Virus record (IMG/VR): IMGVR_UViG_3300048848_000090
Location: 1-29,807 of that record
Direction: 5' to 3' (one strand)
Length of the DNA: 29,807 bases
From: a virus
Taxonomy: Duplodnaviria; Caudoviricetes
The position numbers and the translations under genes were made by a program. A model generated the notes under the pieces. It searched no databases and was not told where the DNA came from. It worked only from the letters and a program-made list of their open reading frames with translations. Below, one piece after another: positions 17,463-26,114 of the stretch. Position 1 is the stretch's first letter. Each line of letters starts with the position of its first letter.

Positions 17463-17582
17463 ATGGCGGATATCGCCTTCGTCTTCCACTGGTCGCCCGA
17501 TGTGCTGGACGGACTGCCCGTCCGTGACCTGATGCAATGGCGCGAGCGCGCAGCGCGCCGGCATAATCCTGAAGGAAAGTAG
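17463..17582 (+). CDS. gpE': gpE' domain (C-terminus of the frameshifted E+E' chaperone)
   Basis: MADIAFVFHWSPDVLDGLPVRDLMQWRERA, the P2 GpE' signature; below the ORF-track size cutoff. Confidence 0.9.
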   Translation: MADIAFVFHWSPDVLDGLPVRDLMQWRERAARRHNPEGK

Positions 17583-17585
17583 AGC

Positions 17586-20183
17586 GTGGCATCCGACCGC
17601 AATTTGCGCATTCGCATGCTTCTGGAGGCCGGTGACCGCGTCACCGGCCCGTTGCGCGATATCGCCGGTGGATCCACCAAGGCCGCCCGTGCGCTCGGCC
17701 TCACGCGTGACAAGCTGAAGGAAATCGAGCGGGCGCAGGGCGAGATCGCCGGCTTTCGCGCGCTCAAGGCGGGTCTCGGATCGACAGCCGGTGACCTTGC
17801 GACCGCGCGGACGCGAATGGCCGCACTGCGAACGGAAATTGCCAGTACGGATAAATCGACAGCGAGCCTGACCCGAGCGCTTGCCAAAGCCGAACGCGAG
17901 GTCGCATCGCTGGAAACGAGCGAACGCAAACAGAGCCAGTCTCTTCAGGAATTGGGGCTGCGGCTGCATACCGCCGGCATCGATACCGAAGATCTCGCGC
18001 GGCATCAGCGTCGCCTTCGAACCGAGGCCGTCCAGACCAATCGCGAGATCCAGGAGCAGGAGCAAAGGGTTTCGCGCCTCGCCGATCGTGAGCGCCGCAT
18101 GGCTGCCGGCCGCGCTCGCTTCGCGCGTATTCAGGGCATGGCCACCGGCCTTGCTGCCGGCGGTGCCGCCGCGATCGGCACGGGCATGGCGATGGCCGCG
18201 CCGCTGATCGGCAGCATCAAGGCGGCGCAGGAATACGAATCGGTGATGACGGACATCGGTCAGAAGGCCGATCTGTCCCGCGCCGCGTCCGAACAGCTCG
18301 GCAAGAACCTGCTCGTGTCGGCGCGTGCCGCCAACCAGATGCCCGCGGATCTACAGGCGGGCGTGGACGCGCTCGCCGGCCTCGGTGCCAAGGTGCCCGA
18401 TGCCGTCAAGATGATGACGCCGATCGGCCGCGCGGCGACGGCGTACAAGGCGGAGATCTCCGATCTGTCGGCCGCAGCGTTCGCGGCCACCGACAACCTC
18501 AAGGTGCCGGTCGAACAGACCGGCAAGATCATCGACGTAATGGCCAGCGCCGGCAAGGCGGGTGCGTTCGAGATCAAGGATATGGCGCAATACTTCCCGT
18601 CGTTGACCGCCGCCTATCAGGGGCTGGGGCAAACGGGTGTCGGCGCTGTCGCAGATCTCGCGGCCGGATTGCAGATCGCGCGCAAGGGCGCGGGCGACGC
18701 CGCCACTGCTGGTGGCAACCTGGCCAACATCCTCCAGAAAATCTCATCGCCAGCGACCAACAAGGCGTTCGAGAAGATGGGCGTCAATCTGCCCGCCGCG
18801 CTGAAGAAGGCGTATGACGAGGGCAAGACGCCGCTGGAGGCGATCGCCGAGCTGACCAACAAGACGCTGAAGGGCGATCTGTCGAAGCTCGGCTACCTCT
18901 TCGAAGATGCTCAGGTGCAGCAGGGGCTCCGCCCGCTGATCCAGAACATGGAGGAATTCCGCCGGATCCGGGCCGAGGCGTCGAAGGCAAGCGGCACCAC
19001 CGATCGCGACTTCGCCGATCGCATGAAGGACTCGGCCGAGCAGAGCAAGCAGCTCAAGATCAACGCGACGACGCTGGCCATCACCCTCGGCGCGCAGCTC
19101 CTGCCCACCATCAACGCCGTCGTCGTGAAGGCCAATGCCTTCGCGACGTGGATCGGCGACGTCGCCAACCGCTACCCTAACGCCACAAAGGCCATCGCGA
19201 TCGGCGCGGCCGGGTTTGCCGCCCTCTTCCTCGTGCTGGGCGGCGGTGCGATGGTGATCGCCGGCCTGGTCGCGCCCTTCGCCGCTCTGTCGTTCGCGGC
19301 CGGCGCGCTCAACATTGCCATGTTGCCGATGCTCGGGATCGCGCTCGGCGTCGTCGCTGGCGTGGTGGCGATCGGCGCAGCGGCCTATCTGATCTACCAG
19401 AATTGGGGAGCGATCGGCGGCTGGTTTGCAGGAATTTGGGCCGCGATGTCGGGTGCGGTCAGCCGCAACTGGACGTCGATCCGCAACATCCTGCTTGGCG
19501 CGGTCGTCATCTTTATGCCGATGGTCGCTGGGTTCGCCCTACTGGCGAAAGGCATCTACGACCATTGGGACGGCATCAAGGGCGCGTTCTCTTCCGGTGT
19601 CGCTTACCTGGCAGGTATGGTCATGCCGTTCGTTCAGCCGGTGCTGAACGTGTTGGGGCTGATCGAGGGGCTGCGGGCTCGCTTTACCGCGGCGGGCCTC
19701 AACATCGTCAAGGGCATCGCTATGGGCATTCTCCGGGGCGCGGGGTGGCTGCTTAGCCTGGTCGGAAACTTGGCCGGCCGTATCGGGGCACGCTTCGCCG
19801 GTGCGCTTGGCATCCACTCTCCGAGCCGCGTGTTCGCGGGATATGGCGGTAACATCGTCGACGGGCTGACCAACGGCATCGCGGCGCAAGAAGGCGAGCC
19901 GATCAAGCGAATGGATAGACTCTCGAGCAGGCTGTCCTCGTCCATCGTTTCCGGCAGCGCTATCCCGTCGTCAAACGCATCCGGCAGGGGCTTGGGGGCG
20001 TCGACCGGGGGCGGCACCAGCACTGGCGGCGACACTTACGTCGCCCACTTCCACCCCTCGGCCGGCATGGACGAACGGGCTCTGTTCGGCCTGTTCGAAC
20101 GCTGGCAGGCGCAGCAGCAGGATCAGAAAGCCGCTCGCAGCCGGTCCGCATTCGCTGATCGTCCGGATTGGGAGGCCGTTTAA
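17586..20183 (+). CDS. gpT: Tail tape measure protein
   Basis: 865 aa, Ala-rich and helical; GKAGAFEIKDMAQYFP core; hydrophobic mid-region; LGIHSPSRVF motif. Confidence 0.95.
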   Translation: MASDRNLRIRMLLEAGDRVTGPLRDIAGGSTKAARALGLTRDKLKEIERAQGEIAGFRALKAGLGSTAGDLATARTRMAALRTEIASTDKSTASLTRALAKAEREVASLETSERKQSQSLQELGLRLHTAGIDTEDLARHQRRLRTEAVQTNREIQEQEQRVSRLADRERRMAAGRARFARIQGMATGLAAGGAAAIGTGMAMAAPLIGSIKAAQEYESVMTDIGQKADLSRAASEQLGKNLLVSARAANQMPADLQAGVDALAGLGAKVPDAVKMMTPIGRAATAYKAEISDLSAAAFAATDNLKVPVEQTGKIIDVMASAGKAGAFEIKDMAQYFPSLTAAYQGLGQTGVGAVADLAAGLQIARKGAGDAATAGGNLANILQKISSPATNKAFEKMGVNLPAALKKAYDEGKTPLEAIAELTNKTLKGDLSKLGYLFEDAQVQQGLRPLIQNMEEFRRIRAEASKASGTTDRDFADRMKDSAEQSKQLKINATTLAITLGAQLLPTINAVVVKANAFATWIGDVANRYPNATKAIAIGAAGFAALFLVLGGGAMVIAGLVAPFAALSFAAGALNIAMLPMLGIALGVVAGVVAIGAAAYLIYQNWGAIGGWFAGIWAAMSGAVSRNWTSIRNILLGAVVIFMPMVAGFALLAKGIYDHWDGIKGAFSSGVAYLAGMVMPFVQPVLNVLGLIEGLRARFTAAGLNIVKGIAMGILRGAGWLLSLVGNLAGRIGARFAGALGIHSPSRVFAGYGGNIVDGLTNGIAAQEGEPIKRMDRLSSRLSSSIVSGSAIPSSNASGRGLGASTGGGTSTGGDTYVAHFHPSAGMDERALFGLFERWQAQQQDQKAARSRSAFADRPDWEAV

Positions 20184-20569
20184 TGCTCCTCGCTCTTGGC
20201 ATGTTCGTATTCTCGATCGACACCTTGGCGTTCGATGAGCTGTCCCGCCGCGCGAGCTGGCGGCACGCGACCTCGACCCGCATCGGCGCTCGTGACGCAA
20301 CACAGTTTACCGGACCTGGCGAAGAGACGATCTCTTTGCCGGGATCAGTGTTCTACGAGTTCGGCGATGGCACCGTATCGATCGAGGATTTGCGCGCCAT
20401 GGCGAACAGCGGTGACGCCTGGTCGTTGGTCGACGGTCGGGGCTATGTCTACGGTGCGTTCGTCATCACCGGCATCGACGATCGCGCCAAGGGCTTCTTC
20501 CCCGATGGCACGCCCCGCCAGATCGACTTCTCTATCGATCTCCTGCGCGTTGATCGGGAGGACGCATGA
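20183..20569 (+). CDS. gpU: Tail protein, P2 gpU-like
   Basis: GGAGG RBS; MLLALGMFVF, QFTGPGEETISLPG and DGTPRQIDFSIDL motifs. Confidence 0.94.
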   Translation: MLLALGMFVFSIDTLAFDELSRRASWRHATSTRIGARDATQFTGPGEETISLPGSVFYEFGDGTVSIEDLRAMANSGDAWSLVDGRGYVYGAFVITGIDDRAKGFFPDGTPRQIDFSIDLLRVDREDA

Positions 20570-21597
20570 TCGGCAACATTCCCGCCGTCCGTGTCGTGGT
20601 CGACGGCAAAGACATCACGCCAATCCTGTCGGGCAAGGTCGCGCAGGCAAACGGCCGTCCACCCCGGCCGCGGCTGGTTAGCCTCGGCATCACCGAAAAA
20701 CGCGGGGAAGAAGCCGACGAGCTCGACCTTGTCATCGACGACACAGATGGCGGAATGGCGTTGCCGCCGACCGGCGCGAAGATCCAGGTCTGGCTAGGCT
20801 GGAAACAGGGCAGCGACGTGATCGCCGGGTTGGTCGATAAAGGCTGGTTCGTCGTCGATGAAGTATCACACGGCGGCCCCCCGGATCTCGTGGCCGTCCG
20901 TGCACGCTCGGCCGACTTTACCAGCGACATCAAAACCCGTCGTGAGAAGGGATGGCATGGCACAACGCTAGGAGCCATCGTTCAGGAGATTGCTGCTCGC
21001 CACAAGCTCACCGCGCGGTGCGCCTCTAGCCTCGCCGGCATCACCATCACAGCGAAAATTCAGAGCCGAGAAAGCGACCTGGCATTTCTCCGCCGCCTCG
21101 GTCGCGAACATAACGCGGTCGCGAAGATAGCGGGCAAAACGCTGATCCTCTCGCCGATCGCGGCGGCCACGACGCCGTCCGGCAAGGCGCTTCGCACGAT
21201 TTCCATCGCCCGCAGCGAAGGCGACACGCATCAATTCAGTCGCCAGAAGCGTGATGACGTTCCAGGGGTGAAGGCGACTTGGCACGACCGCAAGTCCGGC
21301 AAGCGTCAGGCGTTCGTCGCTGGCAAAACAGATGGCGCGCAGGCCCTCTCGAAGGTCTACGGTAATGAACCGGACGCGGCGCGGGCCGCGAATGCGGCGC
21401 ATGCCCGCGCTGGTCGGGAACCTGTCTCGCTGACGTTGACGCTGGCGCTCGGCCGGCCGGATTTGCATCCGGAGGTCAAGGCCACTGTTTCGGGCTATAA
21501 AGCCGCGATAGACGCGATCAGCTGGGTCATAGCCGAGGTGACGCATACCTACGGCGATCGGGGTTACACGACTGGTTTGAAGCTGGAAGCGTCGTGA
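20566..21597 (+). CDS. gpD: Baseplate hub / late control protein, P2 gpD-like
   Basis: GEEADELDL, LVDKGWFVVDEV, RARSADF and QSRESDLAFLRRLG motifs. Confidence 0.94.
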   Translation: MIGNIPAVRVVVDGKDITPILSGKVAQANGRPPRPRLVSLGITEKRGEEADELDLVIDDTDGGMALPPTGAKIQVWLGWKQGSDVIAGLVDKGWFVVDEVSHGGPPDLVAVRARSADFTSDIKTRREKGWHGTTLGAIVQEIAARHKLTARCASSLAGITITAKIQSRESDLAFLRRLGREHNAVAKIAGKTLILSPIAAATTPSGKALRTISIARSEGDTHQFSRQKRDDVPGVKATWHDRKSGKRQAFVAGKTDGAQALSKVYGNEPDAARAANAAHARAGREPVSLTLTLALGRPDLHPEVKATVSGYKAAIDAISWVIAEVTHTYGDRGYTTGLKLEAS

Positions 21598-21614
21598 CGG
21601 CGGGCAGGGCCCCA

Positions 21615-22043
21615 TTAACGACTGATCGTGAACGCTGCTCTCGTGAGATCATAAAGTACTGCGATTGCCCAAATCAGGATCATCAGCCCTAGCGCGTTGG
21701 CAAACGCAGAAGGGCGTTCGCCAAGAGCGACGATAGGTTTCAGCACCACCAAGATCAAAGCGGCGAGTAGGAGCCAGATCAGGAGAAAGGCGCTGTTACG
21801 AACGGCCCGCTTCTCGCGCTCGACGTCGATCCGCATTTCTTTTGCCAGTTTTACGAGTTCGATGTGGATCGCGCCGGCCGAGACCAACGTAATAGAAACG
21901 ATGACGCCGAGAGTAGCGAGAAGCTCTTGATTCACGAAGCCGCGGAGGAACGCGTTGCCGCTATCCGACAGAGCGTTCGGCACACAGATGCTAGTCAACG
22001 TGAGGATCGTCGCTATCGCGATCAGGGCCACCTGCACCAGCAT
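21615..22043 (-). CDS. Four-TM membrane protein; candidate effector of a two-gene exclusion system (RexB-like architecture)
   Basis: 142 aa, four hydrophobic helices, AGGA RBS, overlaps the upstream gene by 53 nt, lower GC. Confidence 0.8.
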   Translation of the reverse strand: MLVQVALIAIATILTLTSICVPNALSDSGNAFLRGFVNQELLATLGVIVSITLVSAGAIHIELVKLAKEMRIDVEREKRAVRNSAFLLIWLLLAALILVVLKPIVALGERPSAFANALGLMILIWAIAVLYDLTRAAFTISR

Positions 22044-22863
22044 CGTTCCTGCCCAACACCTCGTCTAATTTGTCTCGCACGACCGCCAAGAGCGCCTTGC
22101 CTTGGCCCTTCAGACTTGCGACCCTACTTGTTCGCACTTTGTCCGTCGAGCTATATCGGTCGCCGTCCATAGCCTTGGCAGTTAAGGTTGCCTGACCCTG
22201 TGCGCCATACGCCACGCCAGCCTGAACCTCCGGCGCGTCCACGCGGATACCATCGGGACTTTCCAAGGTCAGCTTGACGTGCTGCGCCCCGGTGTCCTCG
22301 CCGACCTGCTTCAGCTTCTCGTCGAGCTTGCCGGACAGGTCGAACATGTTGGGAACGACGAAGTCGAACGTAATGGACCGCATTGTGTTTCCGTGGCGTC
22401 GCGCGAACGTCTGGAAACTCTGCTCATCCCAGATCGCCTTGACCGCCATGATGTAAGGCGCGTCGGGCAATTCGTTGACGGTGCCGATCATCGAAGAGAG
22501 AACAGCGAGCGGCTGCCCAACCTTTGTGCCTCGTTCGAAGGCGAGCTTCTGCCCGTCATCATGATGCTCTGGATCGATGATGACCACGGCACCCTGCCAG
22601 ACATCGGTTGATGTTGGCTCACCACCTTCATCGGGCGGCTGATAATGCTGCATTGGGTATTGCCGCTCTACTACGCCGATAATCGGCCCCGTTTTGCGGC
22701 GCTTGCCATAAGGCACCCAATGAAATGCGACGCTGCGATGCTCGAACGCCCGTTGCTCACCGAATGCCTCGCGAATCCAATCTGCCTTGCCAATCTTCGC
22801 CTCGAAGAGGCTGGGCTGCGTTCGAGGAGCAAGCGACAGGTGATGCAATTCGAAAGTAGCCAA
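21991..22863 (-). CDS. Soluble 290-aa protein; candidate sensor of a two-gene exclusion system (RexA/DUF4747-like architecture)
   Basis: GGGAG RBS with TTG start; no TM segment; mixed alpha/beta pattern including ITFDFVVPN. Function inferred from context only. Confidence 0.75.
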   Translation of the reverse strand: MATFELHHLSLAPRTQPSLFEAKIGKADWIREAFGEQRAFEHRSVAFHWVPYGKRRKTGPIIGVVERQYPMQHYQPPDEGGEPTSTDVWQGAVVIIDPEHHDDGQKLAFERGTKVGQPLAVLSSMIGTVNELPDAPYIMAVKAIWDEQSFQTFARRHGNTMRSITFDFVVPNMFDLSGKLDEKLKQVGEDTGAQHVKLTLESPDGIRVDAPEVQAGVAYGAQGQATLTAKAMDGDRYSSTDKVRTSRVASLKGQGKALLAVVRDKLDEVLGRNDAGAGGPDRDSDDPHVD

Positions 22864-22907
22864 GATCGTCTCCCGAAGCGCTTCAGAGGTGAGGATGCGA
22901 CCGTATT

Positions 22908-23402
22908 TTAAAAGCGCAGACTATCGACCGCCTCTTCATACTGCTTCGCCTCAGAAGGCAGAAGATCCTTGCTCAACCGCACTAGAATGGTGCCATTAAG
23001 ATATGAGTATTGCGTTAAAAGTGGCATCGACTTGGTCACTTCCGCGACATAGTCGCGCCTCCGAGCGGCATCCTCCGCATTCGCAAAGACCTCGACCGTA
23101 TTTTCCCCCGCGTCATTGCCATTATTTTTGGGGTGGCGGCGATCGTAGAAGAACACCTTGCTCGTATATTGGCCAGGGCGACCAAGCATTTTGTTGTCAT
23201 CGCTCGCCTCGGTTACGGCAACGATGTTCTGCACGGGGAGGCCACCTGATTTCAGCGCGGCAGCAACGCCCGATGCGTTCAGCGGCTGTGCTGCGGGGGC
23301 TACGATCTGAACGTTGCCGCCACTCGCCTCATTGGCTGAGCTTCCGCAACCTCCGAGCGCAAGGAATAGAACACACGTCAGCAAGCCCGTTGTAGTCGTC
23401 AT
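22908..23402 (-). CDS. Prophage lipoprotein, candidate superinfection exclusion protein
   Basis: G-run RBS and ATG 23402; MTTTTGLLTCVLFLALGGC lipobox; 14-nt gap after the cI stop. Confidence 0.8.
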   Translation of the reverse strand: MTTTTGLLTCVLFLALGGCGSSANEASGGNVQIVAPAAQPLNASGVAAALKSGGLPVQNIVAVTEASDDNKMLGRPGQYTSKVFFYDRRHPKNNGNDAGENTVEVFANAEDAARRRDYVAEVTKSMPLLTQYSYLNGTILVRLSKDLLPSEAKQYEEAVDSLRF

Positions 23403-23416
23403 GATCCCCCCAAATT

Positions 23417-24139
23417 CTAAAAACCTAGTGCCTCGTCCCACGACATCACGCGATGAACCGCCGCAACCTGTTCGTTCGGCACCTCGAACTCGAAAGTCGG
23501 ATTGAACTGGCGCAGCACGACGACGCCGGGGCGACGTCGCACCAGCTGCTTGATCAGCACATGCTTGATCTCTTCGCCATCGAATGTGGGGCCACGCAGC
23601 TGCACTACTACGTCGTCGCCAACGCCGGCGGGGCGCTTCGGATCGATCAGCAGGCGCTTTCCCGAATCGTATCGCGGCTCCATCGAATGGCCCGACACGG
23701 CGACGACATACAGATCTGCCCTGCCAGTGACGCCGATCGGGCGGGCCATGAAGTCGAGCGGGGCGGACATATGCACCTCGGTTTGCTCGACTTTCACTAC
23801 GATTCCGTTCTCGTCGTCGAATTCTAAATCTGCGCCTAAGGCCGTGCCATAGATCGGCAGCGTTTTCGGGAGGCGTCGGAAGGTGTCTCCGTCAACGGCA
23901 TCGACGTTCGCAATCGTCGGCTCGATTGCTTTGTCGCGTCCTAGCAGCCAGTCGGACGTAGTCTCTAGCTCAGCGGCAATTGCATCGAGCCGGTCGATGC
24001 TGGGCATCGCCCCCTTCGACAGAATATTGCGGATAGCGCCGGGCTGCCCCGTCGCTGCCAACGAGATCTCGCGTGCCGACACATTACGCTCAGCAAGCTT
24101 GGCAGCCACTCTTTCTTGAAGGATCTCAATCGGTCTCAT
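23417..24139 (-). CDS. cI: CI-like repressor: N-terminal XRE HTH plus S24 autopeptidase (alternative GTG start 24148)
   Basis: HTH region ending LETTSDWLLG; PIYGTALG cleavage-site region; catalytic Ser in VSGHSMEP and Lys in LIKQL; divergent from the cro-like gene. Confidence 0.93.
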   Translation of the reverse strand: MRPIEILQERVAAKLAERNVSAREISLAATGQPGAIRNILSKGAMPSIDRLDAIAAELETTSDWLLGRDKAIEPTIANVDAVDGDTFRRLPKTLPIYGTALGADLEFDDENGIVVKVEQTEVHMSAPLDFMARPIGVTGRADLYVVAVSGHSMEPRYDSGKRLLIDPKRPAGVGDDVVVQLRGPTFDGEEIKHVLIKQLVRRRPGVVVLRQFNPTFEFEVPNEQVAAVHRVMSWDEALGF

Positions 24140-24141
24140 CT

Positions 24142-24236
24142 GCGTCACGTATGCCGCGGATCAAAAAAATGCGCGAGCGTCATTCGTGACTTGCGCGTGG
24201 GTCACGACTGGCCCATACATGGGTCATGAATGACGC
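24142..24236. promoter_or_regulatory. Four 16-bp operators (GSGTCA-N4-TGACGC-like) and a probable rightward promoter in the cI/cro switch
   Basis: GCGTCACGTATGCCGC at 24142, GCGTCATTCGTGACTT at 24177, GGGTCACGACTGGCCC at 24199, GGGTCATGAATGACGC at 24221; TTGCGC-N17-CATACA at 24191-24219. Confidence 0.75.
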
Positions 24237-24585
24237 ATACGAGAACGCCTTGCGAACAGTTGCTGATTCGTACGATGCCGAGGTCGTCCGCTGGGGCGGC
24301 AAGTCGCTGTCTCGCGTCGCCACCATCGTTGTAAGCAGCGGCGCGTTCTTCAACCGCCTGCGCAGTGGAGCGACTTTTTCGGTCGCCAATCTCGACAAAT
24401 TTGCTGCTTGGTTTCGTGTTCCTGCGAACTGGCCGGATCGTGTCATCCCCGAGGACGCGGCATGTGCACTCACTAGCATAGGCCGTCCTCCGCTCCTTGG
24501 GTCAGCATTGCCAAGTTCATATCGCACAGATGACACACCGGTCGCCTGCGATCGTGCGACAACTTCGCATGCTAGCCGAGCATGA
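24226..24585 (+). CDS. Cro-like DNA-binding protein
   Basis: Divergent from cI; SLSRVATIVVSSGAFFNRLRSG HTH-like segment; PANWP motif. Confidence 0.75.
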   Translation: MNDAYENALRTVADSYDAEVVRWGGKSLSRVATIVVSSGAFFNRLRSGATFSVANLDKFAAWFRVPANWPDRVIPEDAACALTSIGRPPLLGSALPSSYRTDDTPVACDRATTSHASRA

Positions 24586-25097
24586 CGAAGCCCCGCATCC
24601 CCGACAGCTTTGCGGACGCGATGGGCAAGGTGATTGCACAGATCGGCGCAGCTGAAGCCGCTCGCGTCGCTTCGGCCGCTGCTGGACGCCCCTATGCCGA
24701 TCGCACCGTCTACGAATGGTCGAACCCCGACAGCGACACGCTGCCCAGCCTGCCGATCGCGCTGGCGCTCGATGCCGCCCATCGGCTGGCAGGGGGTGAG
24801 GACGCTCCATTCCGCGACGCCTTCAGCCATCAGCTTGGGATCGCCGTCGAGCAGCAGGACGCCTGCCGCCGCGAGCTGGTCGCCGATGCCGCCGAGTTCA
24901 TGGGGGAGGCGTCCGACCTCTCCGTCGCCCTTCTTCATGCCGCCCAACCCGGCGCTTCCCAGCTCGTTCTCCATCGAGCGCTGGTCGAGGCGCAGCAGGT
25001 CGACGGCATCGTGCGCCGCATCCGCCGGCGCCTGCCTGGCTTCCTCCGCAACGTCACGTCGGCGGGGTCGGGGAATGCCGGGGGTGACTACCAGTGA
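24582..25097 (+). CDS. CII-like regulatory protein
   Basis: Follows cro; HTH-like RTVYEWSNPD...ALALD region and a helical C-terminus; ATGA coupling. Confidence 0.6.
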   Translation: MTKPRIPDSFADAMGKVIAQIGAAEAARVASAAAGRPYADRTVYEWSNPDSDTLPSLPIALALDAAHRLAGGEDAPFRDAFSHQLGIAVEQQDACRRELVADAAEFMGEASDLSVALLHAAQPGASQLVLHRALVEAQQVDGIVRRIRRRLPGFLRNVTSAGSGNAGGDYQ

Positions 25098-25411
25098 AGA
25101 AGAAGAATTATCCGCCGCGCGTGCCGGGCATCGTTTGCCCGCACTGCGAGACGCGATCCATCGCCTACGACAGCGTCCAAATCGACCGCCTGACCCGCGA
25201 AATTCGGTTCTGCTGCGGGAATGCCGATTGCGGCCATGTTTTCCTCGCGCAGCTCGCGATCGTCCGCACCGTCCGGTCCAGCCTCAAGCCGAACCCGGCG
25301 GTAACGCTGCACGTCGGCCCTTGGGGTGATCGCGCCGCCAACGACGACACCCGCATCCCCGCCAACGATGATCGACCGGCTGCTGCGGAGATCGCGCCTC
25401 AACCCGGCTGA
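25094..25411 (+). CDS. ogr: Ogr/Delta-like zinc-finger late transcription activator
   Basis: CPHC-x22-CGNADCGHVF C4 zinc finger followed by the RTVRSSLKPNP tail. Confidence 0.92.
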   Translation: MKKKNYPPRVPGIVCPHCETRSIAYDSVQIDRLTREIRFCCGNADCGHVFLAQLAIVRTVRSSLKPNPAVTLHVGPWGDRAANDDTRIPANDDRPAAAEIAPQPG

Positions 25412-25527
25412 TCGCCTGACCTGACTTCCTGCGGCTGACCAGGCCGCGCCCCGCACGACCCACCCCCCGTCACCCCGGAAGAACCCGCTTCCGGCACCGT
25501 CACTGCTTTGCCTGAAAGGATTGCCCG

Positions 25528-25980
25528 ATGATGCACGCTTTCCCCCGGACCTTCACCCTGCCGCAGGCGCGCGGCGTCAGGGCGGCTGCTGCCGATCCCG
25601 TGCCACTGACGTCTGCCGCATACCTCCGCCTGCGCCGTGAAGCGGCCGGACTGACCGAACGCCGCGTCGCCGGCATGCTCGCCCGCAAGGCGGAAGATGT
25701 GACGCCAGCGCTCGACCTGATCCACGTCCTCGAAACGCCGGGCAACGTGGCCCGCAAGGCGGAGACGTTGGAGAGCCTGCGCGACGTTTTCCCGTTTGAT
25801 CCTGACGTCTACCGCCAGCTCGCGACCGAGCCGGCACATCTGCACCCGCGCATTTGCCGCGGCTGCGGTTGCAGCCATTGGGATCCGTGCGGCGACGGGC
25901 AGGACGCATGCGCCTGGGCGACCGATACCGCTTGCACCCGCTGCCTCCCCGACGTCGCGCCTGCGGAGTGCTGCCAGTGA
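25528..25980 (+). CDS. XRE-type HTH protein with a C-terminal Cys-rich zinc-binding domain
   Basis: YLRLRREAAGLT HTH start; CRGCGC...C...CAW...CTRC; AAGGA RBS. Confidence 0.75.
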   Translation: MMHAFPRTFTLPQARGVRAAAADPVPLTSAAYLRLRREAAGLTERRVAGMLARKAEDVTPALDLIHVLETPGNVARKAETLESLRDVFPFDPDVYRQLATEPAHLHPRICRGCGCSHWDPCGDGQDACAWATDTACTRCLPDVAPAECCQ

Positions 25981-26114
25981 CCGCCGCCCGCACCTACAAG
26001 GCGCGGTCGCGCCGTCGTGGCCTCCTGCGCCTCCTGGTGATCGTCATCACCGTCCTGTGCGCCATCCCGGTCGGCCTGTTCATGCTGGTCGCCAATTCGG
26101 GGGAGCGTCGCTGA
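25977..26114 (+). CDS. Small single-TM hypothetical protein
   Basis: GTGA overlap with the previous gene, GGAG RBS, basic N-terminus then LLRLLVIVITVLCAIPVGLFMLV. Confidence 0.55.
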   Translation: MTAARTYKARSRRRGLLRLLVIVITVLCAIPVGLFMLVANSGERR

